64,000 nt of DNA, taken from Deltaproteobacteria bacterium. Lineage in GTDB: Bacteria; Myxococcota_A; Polyangia; Fen-1088. Location of the stretch: assembly GCA_033763315.1 (NCBI GenBank), contig JANRKS010000026.1, forward strand, positions 90,821-154,820, in the 5' to 3' direction. The notes under the pieces are model-generated. The model was not told where the DNA came from. It made no database searches and saw nothing but the letters and a program-made list of their open reading frames with translations. Of the stretch, positions 16,930 through 26,872 are shown one piece after another. Both the position numbers and the translations under genes were made by a program. The stretch's first letter is position 1. Every line of letters begins with the position of its first letter.

Positions 16930-19476
16930 ATGAGCCAAACTCCCTCCCCTTCCGCCGCTCCCGAACCGGTCCTTGACCGTTACGAGGGCGCGCCCGACGC
17001 GTACGACGAACTGCGTACGCGAGACGGGGGCGTCAGGGAAGCTTGGCGCCCCTTGGTGGATCGCATCGAGCAGATGGGCGGCCCGGCGCTCTCCCAACGC
17101 TGGAGCCAGGCGCGGCGCATGATCCGCGAAAACGGCATCAGCTTTATCCTTTATGGCGACGAACGCGCCCAAGATCGGCCGTGGAACCTTTCGCCCCTGC
17201 CCGCGGTGTTCGGCCCCAAGGACTGGGCGCCCCTGGCCGAAGGGCTGCGCCAACGCGCCACTTTGCTCGAAATGGTGTTGGCCGATCTGCACGGCCCGCA
17301 AAACCTTTTGGCTGAAGGCGTGGTGCCCGCCGCTTTGGTGTTTGGCAGCCCGTATTACCTGCGCCCATGTCAAGGATTGGCGCCGCCTCGCGGGCGGTGG
17401 TTGCCGTTTTACGCCGCCGACGTGGGCCGCAGCCCCGACGGCGACTTTCAAGTGCTCTCCGACCGCACGCAAACGCCCTCGGGCGCCGGCTACGCGCTTG
17501 AGAACCGTATCATCATCAGCCGCGCGTTGCCCGAAGTGTTCCGCGATTGCCGCGTCCAGAGGCTGGCGCAGTTCTTCAACACGTTCCGCGAAACGCTGTT
17601 GGCCTTGGCGCCGCGGCCACACGATCAACCGCGCGTCGTTCTGTTGTCGCCCGGCCCTCACGATCCCACGTACTTCGAGCACGCCTATTTGGCGCGCTAT
17701 CTGGGCTTCACGTTGGTGGAAAGCGGCGATCTCACCGTGCGCGACGCGCGCGTGTTCTTGAAAATGTTGGGCGGTCTTCAGCGCGTCGACGTGATCGTGC
17801 GACGCGTGCCTGATTTCATGTGCGATCCGCTTGAGTTGCGTTCGGATTCATCGAACGGCATACCGGGATTGTTGCAAGCGGTGCGCGACGGCAACGTCGC
17901 CATTGCCAACCCCTTGGGCTCGGGGCTCATTCACACACCCGCGCTGCTGCCGTTTCTAAACGCCGCTTGTCGCCGCCTGTTGGGCGAAGATCTGCTGCTG
18001 CCTTCGGTGCAAACGTATTGGTGTGGCCAAGCAAAATCGCGTGCGTACGTGCTTGAGAACCTCACCACCTTGGTGATCAAGCCTGCGTTTGCGCAGGGGC
18101 CATCGGTGCCCACGTTTGGCGCCACGTTGTCACGCGCGCAAGCGGAAGAGTTGGCGGCGCGAATCACGGCGCAACCGCAAAACTACATCGCTCAAGAGCC
18201 ATTGCTGTTGTCGACCACGCCGGAACTCTTGGCCGATGGACCACAACCACGCCACAGCGTGCTGCGTGCGTTCTTGACGGCGTCGATGGACAAGTTCGAT
18301 GTGATGCCGGGGGGTTTGACCCGCGTGGGCCCGCGCCCCGACGCGCTCGAAGTCTCCTTGCGGGCCGGCGGTGGCAGCAAAGACACGTGGGTGTTAAGCG
18401 AAGGGCCGGTCAAAGGCTTCACGTTGTTGCCGCAGCCGAGTGACAACTCACCGTTGTCTCGGGGTGGCGCCGATCTGCCAAGCCGCGTGGCCGACAATTT
18501 GTTTTGGCTCGCGCGCTACGCAGAACGAGCCGAAGGGATTGCACGTTTGTGTCGCGTGATCGCGAGCCGCCGTATGGAGCTCATCAGCGAGGACGTGGAC
18601 GATGAAGCGCTCACGCGCTTGCTGGGCGTGCTTTCAGAAAGCGTGGGCGTCACTTTTGATAAGGCGCTGACGCTTGATCAAGCCGTGGCGCACTCTGTGT
18701 GGTCCACCGAATGGATCGGCTCACTTCGCAACGTGGTTGGCACCACCACGCATTTGGCGCGCATGGTGCGGGATCGTCTTTCCACGGATACGTTCCGCAT
18801 CTTGTTGGCCCTTGAAGACGAGCTGCAAACGCCCACCGACTTCGAGAAGCCCGATCTGGGCCGCGTTGTGCACGCGATGGATCGAATGGTGCTGATTTTG
18901 GCCGCTTTTGCAGGGCTCGCGATGGATGGCATGACACGCGGCCATGCGTGGCGGTTCTTGGATGTGGGCCGGCGCCTTGAGCGCGCCACCACCACAACCA
19001 CGTTGCTGGCCAAAACCACCACCAAAGCCGCCGAACGCGACGATCGATTGTTAGAGGCCACGCTGGAAGTCGCAGACAGCGGCATCACTTACCGGCGGCG
19101 CTATCCGTTGCGCATGGAAGTGGCACCCGCGGTGGATCTGTTGCTCACCGATGAAACCAACCCGCGTTCGGTGGCGTTTCAGTTGCATCACCTCAACGAA
19201 CAAATGAGCGCGCTGCCGGAACAGACCGAAGGCGCACAGCGTTCGGCGCAACAGAAGTTGGCGTTGGCCAGCCTGACCGCTTTGCGATTGGCGGAAGTGC
19301 CCACGTTGTGTTCCACCACCGTGGCTGGTGAACGGCCCGCGCTCAGCTTACTGCTTGAACGCTTGCTGCGCGATCTGCCGGCCCTTTCCGACGCGCTCAG
19401 TGGCCAATACCTGAGCCACTCAGCGGTGTCGCGGCAATTGGCCTCGGATCCCAACGCCTTTGATCGTCCTTTGTGA
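16930..19476 (+). CDS. Circularly permuted ATP-grasp fused to alpha-E domain
   Basis: DRTQTPSGAGYALENR, YFEHAYLARYLG, PGGLTRV..SKDTWV, then LPSRVADNLFWLARYAERAE and NPRSVAFQL. Confidence 0.93.
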   Translation: MSQTPSPSAAPEPVLDRYEGAPDAYDELRTRDGGVREAWRPLVDRIEQMGGPALSQRWSQARRMIRENGISFILYGDERAQDRPWNLSPLPAVFGPKDWAPLAEGLRQRATLLEMVLADLHGPQNLLAEGVVPAALVFGSPYYLRPCQGLAPPRGRWLPFYAADVGRSPDGDFQVLSDRTQTPSGAGYALENRIIISRALPEVFRDCRVQRLAQFFNTFRETLLALAPRPHDQPRVVLLSPGPHDPTYFEHAYLARYLGFTLVESGDLTVRDARVFLKMLGGLQRVDVIVRRVPDFMCDPLELRSDSSNGIPGLLQAVRDGNVAIANPLGSGLIHTPALLPFLNAACRRLLGEDLLLPSVQTYWCGQAKSRAYVLENLTTLVIKPAFAQGPSVPTFGATLSRAQAEELAARITAQPQNYIAQEPLLLSTTPELLADGPQPRHSVLRAFLTASMDKFDVMPGGLTRVGPRPDALEVSLRAGGGSKDTWVLSEGPVKGFTLLPQPSDNSPLSRGGADLPSRVADNLFWLARYAERAEGIARLCRVIASRRMELISEDVDDEALTRLLGVLSESVGVTFDKALTLDQAVAHSVWSTEWIGSLRNVVGTTTHLARMVRDRLSTDTFRILLALEDELQTPTDFEKPDLGRVVHAMDRMVLILAAFAGLAMDGMTRGHAWRFLDVGRRLERATTTTTLLAKTTTKAAERDDRLLEATLEVADSGITYRRRYPLRMEVAPAVDLLLTDETNPRSVAFQLHHLNEQMSALPEQTEGAQRSAQQKLALASLTALRLAEVPTLCSTTVAGERPALSLLLERLLRDLPALSDALSGQYLSHSAVSRQLASDPNAFDRPL

Positions 19477-19482
19477 GCCACC

Positions 19483-20358
19483 GTGAAACTGCGCATCGTC
19501 CACCAAACCGAATACCTGTACACGGAGCCCGTGAGCGTTTCGCATCACATGGCTCACCTTGTGCCCAGGAACAGCGGATCACAGACGTGCCTGACCAGGG
19601 AATTGACCATATCCCCCGAGCCGGCCATCCGGCGTGAACGAGTGGATTCCTTCGGCAACCGCTGCGTTTACTTTTCGATTCAAGAGCCGCACAGCCGCCT
19701 CGTGGTGCTGTCAAAAGCTTTGGTGGATGTCCTCCCCGCGGAGCAAAGCCTGCCGTTCTCGGGTCAAGCGTGGAACGTGGTTCGCCAGCGTTTGGCCACC
19801 GAGCACAGGCCCGACATCTTGTCTGCTTATGGCTTCGTGTTCCCGTCGCCTTATGCGGTGCACGCGCCGGGCTTGGCCGAATACGCCCGGCCTTCGTTCG
19901 CGGAAGGCCGCCCGTTGCTCGAGACGGTTGCCGATCTCACAAAACGCATCTATCAAGATTTCAAATACGATCCGACGTCCACCACGGTGTCCACGCCCGT
20001 GGGCGAAGTGCTGCGTTTACGTCGTGGCGTGTGCCAAGACTTCGCGCACTTACAAATCGCGTGTTTGCGAACGCATGGCTTGGCCGCACGTTACGTGAGC
20101 GGGTATCTGTTGACCAAGCCACCACCGGGGCAAGCGCGCCTGGTGGGCGCCGACGCTTCGCACGCATGGCTCTCGGTGTTTGTGCCTGAGTTTGGTTGGG
20201 TGGATTTTGATCCCACCAATAACGTTGTGCCCGGAGAAGAGCACGTGCAGGTGGCCGTGGGCCGCGACTTCGGCGATGTGGCGCCCGTGCGCGGCGTGAT
20301 CTTGGGCGGCGGCCAGCACCGCGTGATCGTGTCGGTCGACGTCGAGCCGCTGACCTGA
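19483..20358 (+). CDS. Transglutaminase-like protein with Bact_transglu_N domain
   Basis: HQTEYLY, GVCQDFAH, ASHAW, DFDPTNN (C-H-D triad), GRDFGDV. Confidence 0.93.
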   Translation: MKLRIVHQTEYLYTEPVSVSHHMAHLVPRNSGSQTCLTRELTISPEPAIRRERVDSFGNRCVYFSIQEPHSRLVVLSKALVDVLPAEQSLPFSGQAWNVVRQRLATEHRPDILSAYGFVFPSPYAVHAPGLAEYARPSFAEGRPLLETVADLTKRIYQDFKYDPTSTTVSTPVGEVLRLRRGVCQDFAHLQIACLRTHGLAARYVSGYLLTKPPPGQARLVGADASHAWLSVFVPEFGWVDFDPTNNVVPGEEHVQVAVGRDFGDVAPVRGVILGGGQHRVIVSVDVEPLT

Positions 20359-20363
20359 TGGCT

Positions 20364-21866
20364 CTAGCCGGTGACGATCGGAAGCGGATCGCCCGCCGTT
20401 GAACCACGCGAATCTTTCGGCACGTGCGCAGAAAACCAGGTGTCGCTAAACGCATCACCGTAGCCCTTGATTCCCCCGCTTTCGTAGTCGGATGGCGAGA
20501 GCCCCATCGACATCAACACATTGGCCAGCCAGCGCCGGTAAGGAAGCCCCAGATATTCGCCAAAACCCGTCTTCGCGGTCGGTATGAGGCAGCGGTAGTC
20601 CACAAACTTGCCCGTCTTGAAATATCCGGAGGCACCTCCAAACGTAACCACCGGTAAGCCTTGGGCGTCGTGTGTGCTTGGACCGGATTCTTGCGTCCAC
20701 TGCACCAAGGTGTTGTCCAACACGCTGACGCCGGGGCTGTCCTCAATGGAATCGAGCTTGGCTGCCAGATCCAGGATCGTGGATTCAAACGTGGCCTGGT
20801 GGCTCTTGACGAGCAGCGCCTGTGGGTCCGGCTCCGCCGCACGGTGGGCCACGTCTTGGTGCCAGTTGCCGCCGTAGTCCAATATGAACGTCGAAATGAT
20901 ACACACCGACGCAAGCCGGCTTGTGTCGCAAGCAAACGCCATGGCGATCACGTCGTTCACCAACGAGAAGAATCGCGGATCCGTGCGTCGGTCGTTATCG
21001 AATGTGCGAGAGTCCGCCGAGGGGGCTTGCACTGAGCACGAGATCGTCGGTTTCACGGTGAACTTACGTTCAAGCTCGGCCAGGCGCCCGATGTGGTCGT
21101 CCAAACGTTGCTTGTCCTCCTTTGACAGTCGCCGGTTCGACTCTCGCAGCGCTTTGTAGTTCAGCAGCACTCGATCGACGATGGGCTTGCGCGCCATCAC
21201 GGGATCCATGGTGGGCGGCTTGACGTTCATCATAACGCTGTCAAACAAGGCCTTCGAGCTGGTTTCGGTGCGTACCGCTTGAATGGTGCCGCTGCTGGCC
21301 GATGGGTTTGAATAGCCAAACGAAATGCCGCGAAAGTTCTGACCCGTGACCATCGAACGCTGTCTGATGCCGGTCACGTCCGGGTAGAATTTTTTCGACC
21401 ACGCCAGCAGCTGATCAACCGTCTGCATGGGCTTGGCCGTGCTGGCATCCACGCGTGCATTCGTATTGCCCAGGTGGCCACCTTGGTGGTGACCCAGATA
21501 GAAATCGTAGTCGAAGCCACGCAAAACATTCATTTTGCTAAGCAAGCGGTCGGTGAGCACTGTGCTCGAAGCCGTGAGCACGGGCGACAAGACGCGTTGG
21601 CCGCTGGTGACGGCACCCACGAGATCGCCATAACGGACTTCAAAGCCCGGCAAAATTTCTTGGCGCTGTGGCGCCGCCGTTTGGGGCGGGCAGAAGTTGT
21701 TCTGGGCCACAGCGCCGTGCTCTGAAGTGAACGCCACAAAGCGTTTGGGGCCGCTGCTAGCCGCCAAAGCGCGGCTCGGACATAGCGACGGCAACCAGGG
21801 AAGCCCTAAAACAAGGCCACCGGCGCCTCGCAAAAACTGACGGCGAACGGTACAACGTGGCTGCAT
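20364..21866 (-). CDS. DUF1552-family Tat-exported protein
   Basis: RRQFLRGAGG..LPWLPSL, RLSKEDKQRLDDH, AFACDTSR, SVLDNTLV, HDAQGLP. Confidence 0.85.
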   Translation of the reverse strand: MQPRCTVRRQFLRGAGGLVLGLPWLPSLCPSRALAASSGPKRFVAFTSEHGAVAQNNFCPPQTAAPQRQEILPGFEVRYGDLVGAVTSGQRVLSPVLTASSTVLTDRLLSKMNVLRGFDYDFYLGHHQGGHLGNTNARVDASTAKPMQTVDQLLAWSKKFYPDVTGIRQRSMVTGQNFRGISFGYSNPSASSGTIQAVRTETSSKALFDSVMMNVKPPTMDPVMARKPIVDRVLLNYKALRESNRRLSKEDKQRLDDHIGRLAELERKFTVKPTISCSVQAPSADSRTFDNDRRTDPRFFSLVNDVIAMAFACDTSRLASVCIISTFILDYGGNWHQDVAHRAAEPDPQALLVKSHQATFESTILDLAAKLDSIEDSPGVSVLDNTLVQWTQESGPSTHDAQGLPVVTFGGASGYFKTGKFVDYRCLIPTAKTGFGEYLGLPYRRWLANVLMSMGLSPSDYESGGIKGYGDAFSDTWFSAHVPKDSRGSTAGDPLPIVTG

Positions 21867-21950
21867 TCCAGACTCCTTGAATCAATCAACTGGAGCCTGA
21901 AGCCTATTCGTTAGGCCCCCATATTTTAGGTAAGGTCGGGCCATACTGAC

Positions 21951-21968
21951 GGGGTAAATTGTTACCCC
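21951..21968. promoter_or_regulatory. 7-4-7 palindrome in divergent promoter region
   Basis: GGGGTAA-ATTG-TTACCCC. Confidence 0.4.
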
Positions 21969-22046
21969 CGCCGCACCGTATGATGGCTCCTCTGGTATGG
22001 CGACCAGCTTTTGACGAACATCCCCTACACTCGGGCCACTGCATCA

Positions 22047-24983
22047 ATGACGTCGGCGACTCGGATTGCGAAATGCGTGGCGCGGTTTTGCCAGGCGGCG
22101 TTGCTTTGGGCGTTTCTGGGACCCGGTGGTGGGCTCGCACGGGCGGAGCCGCCCATTAAGACCCTTGCCCCGGAATCGATTCGGCTGTTCCCCCTTGCTG
22201 AATCCGTTTACGCCATGGCGGCGGACAACCGCGGTTTCATCTACGCGGGAACGTCGCGCGGTCTGTTCCGATTTGACGGCGTTGCCTATCGACGTTTGGG
22301 CGAACGGACGCTTACAGATCCCATTACAGCGTTAACCGTCGACACGAACGACGGCTTGTGGGTCGGAACGGATACAGGATCGGTATTTCGTTATGTCGAT
22401 GGCACCGCGCAGCTGGCCCATCGTGTAACAGGCGCGGTGACAGATTTGGTATTTACGGACCCACGCACCTTGTGGGTTGTGGCGAATGCGCTTCTTTGGC
22501 GCAACACCAACGATGGCATGGCGGCCATCGCGGGCGACCTGCAGGGACTGTCGATCCGCTCCATCAACCGCATCGACGACAATCAGTTGTGGGTCGCCAC
22601 GAACCATGGTCTACGCGTTTGCACCACCTCACCCAAAATGCGGTGTAAGCCAGTGGGCCCCGACATCGACGCTGAGACCACCGTGCCCGCCATGCAAGGA
22701 CATGTGTTCGTTGATTCCCGCCAAGGCAGTGTGTTGGCCAAAGATGAAACCGCGACGCCCGTCAGCGAAGAAGTCTCTGAGGGCATTTCTCCGCCCGTCA
22801 AAGGTGGCGTGCCGTTGGCAAATGGCACTTGGCTTGCTGACGCCGAGGGATTGGCTTTCGCGGACCGTGAGCACGTCCTTCGCTATCGATTGCCGACGAT
22901 CCCCGTGGGTTCTTCGGCGGCCGCCATGATTCAAACCGCAAACGGCGACGTGTGGATCGCGATAGATGGACAAGGTCTCATAGCCCTGCGTACCGAACCT
23001 GAGGTCTTCGTTGTGGGGCTACCCCTAGAGCAACGGCCAATGGCCGCGTTCTCGGTGTTGCTGGATCAAAAAGGTGACCTTTGGCAAAACACTGGGCACT
23101 CACTTGCACACTGGAACAACAGCACGTGGGATGTGCACACCCCGTCAACAACGTTGAATGCGTATGGACTGCGCGGGTTGGCGCAGTCGCGCAACGGCGA
23201 TCTGTGGGTGGCGTCACTGGATGGCGGTGCCCTCGTGTTTCACAACAACACTTTCTCAAGGATCTCATCTGCCCAAGGCCAGCCACTGCCGCCCACAAAC
23301 GCCGTATTTCGAGACTCAAACGCGAACATTTGGCTCTCCACAGAACGAGGCAGGCTCAAAACGCCCGAACAGCCAAAGGACTTACGGTGGGTAAACGCAA
23401 CGGCATGCGCGGGTGCTGTCGCTGCGATGGTCGAAATCACGCCCGACGAGTTTTGGATCGCCACCGACCATGGCTTGTGCCACCGACGCGGTGACAGCGA
23501 GCGGGCCTTCACCACGGCCCAAGGCCTGCCCAGCGATCGTCTTTTGTCGCTATTGTTGCAAAACAACGGGGATTTGTGGATTGGGACGAAGGATCGTGGG
23601 CTTGTTCTGAAACGCCGCGATCGCTTCATAGCCTTCGCGCACGACACAGGACCACCGCTGACAGACATCACGGCAATCGTCGACGACGACCATCAAGGAC
23701 TGTGGCTCGCGACATCGACCGGACTTGTGAAAGCGAACAAAGCTGACTTGCTCAGCGCCGCAGAAGGCCACCGCGGCAAGATCCGGTTTCTCAAGCTGGG
23801 CACGCGGGACGGGATGCGCAGCGAAAATTTCATGGGATGGTTTCCTCCCGCCAGCGCCAAAGCCAAGGACGGGACATTGTACTTCCCGTCGCACGCTGGG
23901 GTGGTTGCCGTGCCTTCTCCAGAAAAGGTGCAGAGCCCACCTCTGCCGCAGGTTTATCTGGACGACGTGCTGATCAACGGCAGCCGCCAGCCGATTGCCA
24001 ACTTGGATCTTCACATTGCGCAAGGAGACACTCTGGAGGTGCGTTATGCGGTTCCCCGGCTGCGACACGCACATCGCGTGCAGCTACAGCATTTTCTTGA
24101 GGGCATCGATCGCGAGTGGCAGGAGGATCACAACCCTGAGATCAAATACTTCGGGCTACCAAGTGGACACTTCCTTCTGCGCCTGGCCACCACAACCACC
24201 GACCGCGATGAACAAAGCGACCTGCGCCTGCAGATCACTGTGCACCCACCATGGTTTCGCACAACGTGGTTCGTGCTTGCATGCGCCAGCTTTCTTGCGG
24301 GCACGGGCGTTTTGCTTTATCGCGTGCGGCTTTGGACCATCCAGCGCCGCTACGAGGCCATTGCCTCTGAACGAACACGCATCGCCCGTGACATGCACGA
24401 CACGCTCGAGCAAAACCTGGTGGCACTGAAGCTTCGGCTCGAGGCGACGAAAAGGTTCGCCGACGAGAAACCTACGGTGTTGCAGCATGCGGCCGCAGGC
24501 TTGGCATTGGTCGATCAAGCGATGCGAGACGCGCGCAGTTCAATCTGGTCTCTGCGAGACGGCATGCGTGAAAATGTGGATCTAAACACGCAGCTTTCCG
24601 TGTGTGCGGGCCGCTCGCTCAAAGGCACAGACCTTGCCTTCAATCTCACAAGCGAAGGCGCCCCTTATCGCCTGCGGACCCAGGCCGAGCAACAATTGGT
24701 GCGCATCGTGCAGGAAGGCCTCACCAATGTCATAAAACACGCCAGCGCTCGCAGCGTGCACCTGCGGCTCGCGTTTCGACCCGGAGGCCTCCATGTGCAC
24801 CTGCGCGATGACGGCACCGGTTTACAGGCGGAAACGGCCCCAGGTGCCTCAGAGGGGCATTTCGGGATCCAGGGCATGCGCGAACGTGTGGAACACTTGG
24901 GTGGCAGCTTGCAAATCACGGGCAAAACGGGCGAAGGTACCGAGATTTCATTTTTTATTCCCTCGTCTTGGCGTCGGGTGTAG
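22047..24983 (+). CDS. Beta-propeller sensor histidine kinase (HisKA_3), paralog of 7895-10861
   Basis: GxLW blades, TM, ERTRIARDMHDTLEQ, EGLTNVIKHA, DDGTG, HFGIQGMRER. Confidence 0.92.
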   Translation: MTSATRIAKCVARFCQAALLWAFLGPGGGLARAEPPIKTLAPESIRLFPLAESVYAMAADNRGFIYAGTSRGLFRFDGVAYRRLGERTLTDPITALTVDTNDGLWVGTDTGSVFRYVDGTAQLAHRVTGAVTDLVFTDPRTLWVVANALLWRNTNDGMAAIAGDLQGLSIRSINRIDDNQLWVATNHGLRVCTTSPKMRCKPVGPDIDAETTVPAMQGHVFVDSRQGSVLAKDETATPVSEEVSEGISPPVKGGVPLANGTWLADAEGLAFADREHVLRYRLPTIPVGSSAAAMIQTANGDVWIAIDGQGLIALRTEPEVFVVGLPLEQRPMAAFSVLLDQKGDLWQNTGHSLAHWNNSTWDVHTPSTTLNAYGLRGLAQSRNGDLWVASLDGGALVFHNNTFSRISSAQGQPLPPTNAVFRDSNANIWLSTERGRLKTPEQPKDLRWVNATACAGAVAAMVEITPDEFWIATDHGLCHRRGDSERAFTTAQGLPSDRLLSLLLQNNGDLWIGTKDRGLVLKRRDRFIAFAHDTGPPLTDITAIVDDDHQGLWLATSTGLVKANKADLLSAAEGHRGKIRFLKLGTRDGMRSENFMGWFPPASAKAKDGTLYFPSHAGVVAVPSPEKVQSPPLPQVYLDDVLINGSRQPIANLDLHIAQGDTLEVRYAVPRLRHAHRVQLQHFLEGIDREWQEDHNPEIKYFGLPSGHFLLRLATTTTDRDEQSDLRLQITVHPPWFRTTWFVLACASFLAGTGVLLYRVRLWTIQRRYEAIASERTRIARDMHDTLEQNLVALKLRLEATKRFADEKPTVLQHAAAGLALVDQAMRDARSSIWSLRDGMRENVDLNTQLSVCAGRSLKGTDLAFNLTSEGAPYRLRTQAEQQLVRIVQEGLTNVIKHASARSVHLRLAFRPGGLHVHLRDDGTGLQAETAPGASEGHFGIQGMRERVEHLGGSLQITGKTGEGTEISFFIPSSWRRV

Positions 24984-24988
24984 CGCAC

Positions 24989-25621
24989 ATGTCCTCTTGC
25001 ATACGAGTCGTAATCGTTGACGATCATTCAATGCTGCGCGACGGGTTGATTGCGGTCTTGCGAGGCGAACCCGATTTCGAGATCGTGGGATCGTATGCCA
25101 CGGGCACCGCAGCGATCGCGGCATTGGATGCGGATCGACCTGACGTCGCTTTGGTGGATCTGCGGCTACCAGAGATGGATGGCATGTCGGTGTTGATGGC
25201 CATCAAACGCAAATGGCCAACGTGTCGCGTCTTGATGCTTTCCAGCCAGGAAGGCGACGACGCCGTCGCTCGTGCCCTCAAAGCAGGGGCGGCCGGCTAC
25301 ATCCTCAAACGGCAACCAATTGCGGATCTCATATTGGCCATTCGCACCAGCTTGCACGGCAAAGTGCCGTTGGCACCCGAACTGTCAGCGCGTTTGTTTA
25401 CCCGCCTCGACAGCCAACCGCTCACGTCACGCGAGATCGACATCTTGCGACTGATTGCCAATGGTCTTAGCAACAAACGCATTGGTGATGAATTGGGCAT
25501 CACCCATAACACCGTGAAGAACCACATCGTAAGTCTCATGGAGAAGTTGGGCGCCGCGGATCGCACGCAGGCCGTGACGATCGCGTTGCAGCGAGGCATG
25601 ATCGATATCGATCCGTCATGA
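24989..25621 (+). CDS. NarL/LuxR-family response regulator
   Basis: IVDDH, LVDLRLP, LTSREIDIL..TVKNH..DRTQAV. Confidence 0.95.
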   Translation: MSSCIRVVIVDDHSMLRDGLIAVLRGEPDFEIVGSYATGTAAIAALDADRPDVALVDLRLPEMDGMSVLMAIKRKWPTCRVLMLSSQEGDDAVARALKAGAAGYILKRQPIADLILAIRTSLHGKVPLAPELSARLFTRLDSQPLTSREIDILRLIANGLSNKRIGDELGITHNTVKNHIVSLMEKLGAADRTQAVTIALQRGMIDIDPS

Positions 25622-26835
25622 TGAAGGCGTGCACAAAAGTGGCGGCATGGGCGTGGAGCCTCTCGTCCTCGCTCGCATTCGCTGCGCCGACGCAACCGTC
25701 CCCCTCGCAAGCGGCGGACGCGATGGTTGCGTTTCCGTCGGGAGCCGTGTTAGTGGCGTTCGATCCCGCGGGCGCCAATCAAGTGTGGATGGCGAGCACG
25801 CTGGCGGCACCGACTGATACGTGGGCCAGACGCCTCACTGAGCCCACGCTGTATTCGCAAGCCGTGCCTTCGTTCGAGAAGGCAGACGTGCGTGAGACAC
25901 GGAGGCGCGGCCTCTTTGTCGATCAGCGGGTCGAGTGGGAATTGGAGATCCCGTTGTGGAATCTTGGCGGCGAATTGTGGATCAAACCGTTCGACAACGC
26001 CGTGCAGCTGCGTCTGACACGCGATGCGTTCTCACCCGGCAACTTCTTGTGGCGGTGGGCGGGCACAGAAAAGCAAAGCACACTAACGCTCGAAGGCACC
26101 GCGAACGCCCGCGACGCCAATTGGGGTACCCGTCAATTGGCCAAGCGGAATCCCCTCGCCGAAGCGGCGATGACGGTCGCTGCGGCCTATACGATGTTTT
26201 CGGGCATGATGGCGTTGGCTGTGCCGGACACAGCCACACGCTGGCCGCAGGCAGCGATGGAGCCTGGGGATAACGTCTCTTATGCCCAGCGCCTTGTGCA
26301 AGCCCGTCGCTTGCTCAAAGTACCTGGTCCCTTGGGGATCGTCGTGCGACAACCCAACGGCCGCCTTGACCACGTCGAGATTGCCCTTCCCGCGGGCCGC
26401 CCGGCCTCCAGCTTAATCGCTCTGTTGGCCGATCCGCTGCGATGGAGAGCGCTGCCCGGTTGGAAGCGCATCAGCGCCAGCACGCCTGTCGCGGCAAAGG
26501 CTCCACAGGCCCGGCCCTACGCGCAACGCTGGATGGTGGATGCCACGTTTCCCTTTTTGGATTTCGACGCGCAATGGGATGTATCGGTGGCACATACTGT
26601 GAACGCGGTGGCTGTTGAGGGCGACGCCAAGGGGGCGCTATGGTCTTGGCATGTCATTGCGGCCGATCCTCACAACAGCGTGGCCGTGTTTTCCACCTAT
26701 CCACGCATCGATCGCCTCGGCTACATGCCGCGCAAGTTCATCGAGAAGGAGCCGCTACTCGAACAGGGCTTGGCGCTTGCCTTGGCATACGTCAACGCGG
26801 CCAGCTTGGTGACCGCGATCGGCGCTGGACCTTAG
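25618..26835 (+). CDS. Secreted protein with two internally repeated, possibly SRPBCC/START-like domains
   Basis: Signal peptide ending AFA; two halves with similar motifs; ATGA overlap with the regulator. Confidence 0.6.
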   Translation: MMKACTKVAAWAWSLSSSLAFAAPTQPSPSQAADAMVAFPSGAVLVAFDPAGANQVWMASTLAAPTDTWARRLTEPTLYSQAVPSFEKADVRETRRRGLFVDQRVEWELEIPLWNLGGELWIKPFDNAVQLRLTRDAFSPGNFLWRWAGTEKQSTLTLEGTANARDANWGTRQLAKRNPLAEAAMTVAAAYTMFSGMMALAVPDTATRWPQAAMEPGDNVSYAQRLVQARRLLKVPGPLGIVVRQPNGRLDHVEIALPAGRPASSLIALLADPLRWRALPGWKRISASTPVAAKAPQARPYAQRWMVDATFPFLDFDAQWDVSVAHTVNAVAVEGDAKGALWSWHVIAADPHNSVAVFSTYPRIDRLGYMPRKFIEKEPLLEQGLALALAYVNAASLVTAIGAGP

Positions 26836-26872
26836 CGCGCTGCCCTCATCTGCTACTCTCGCCGGCTGCGCC

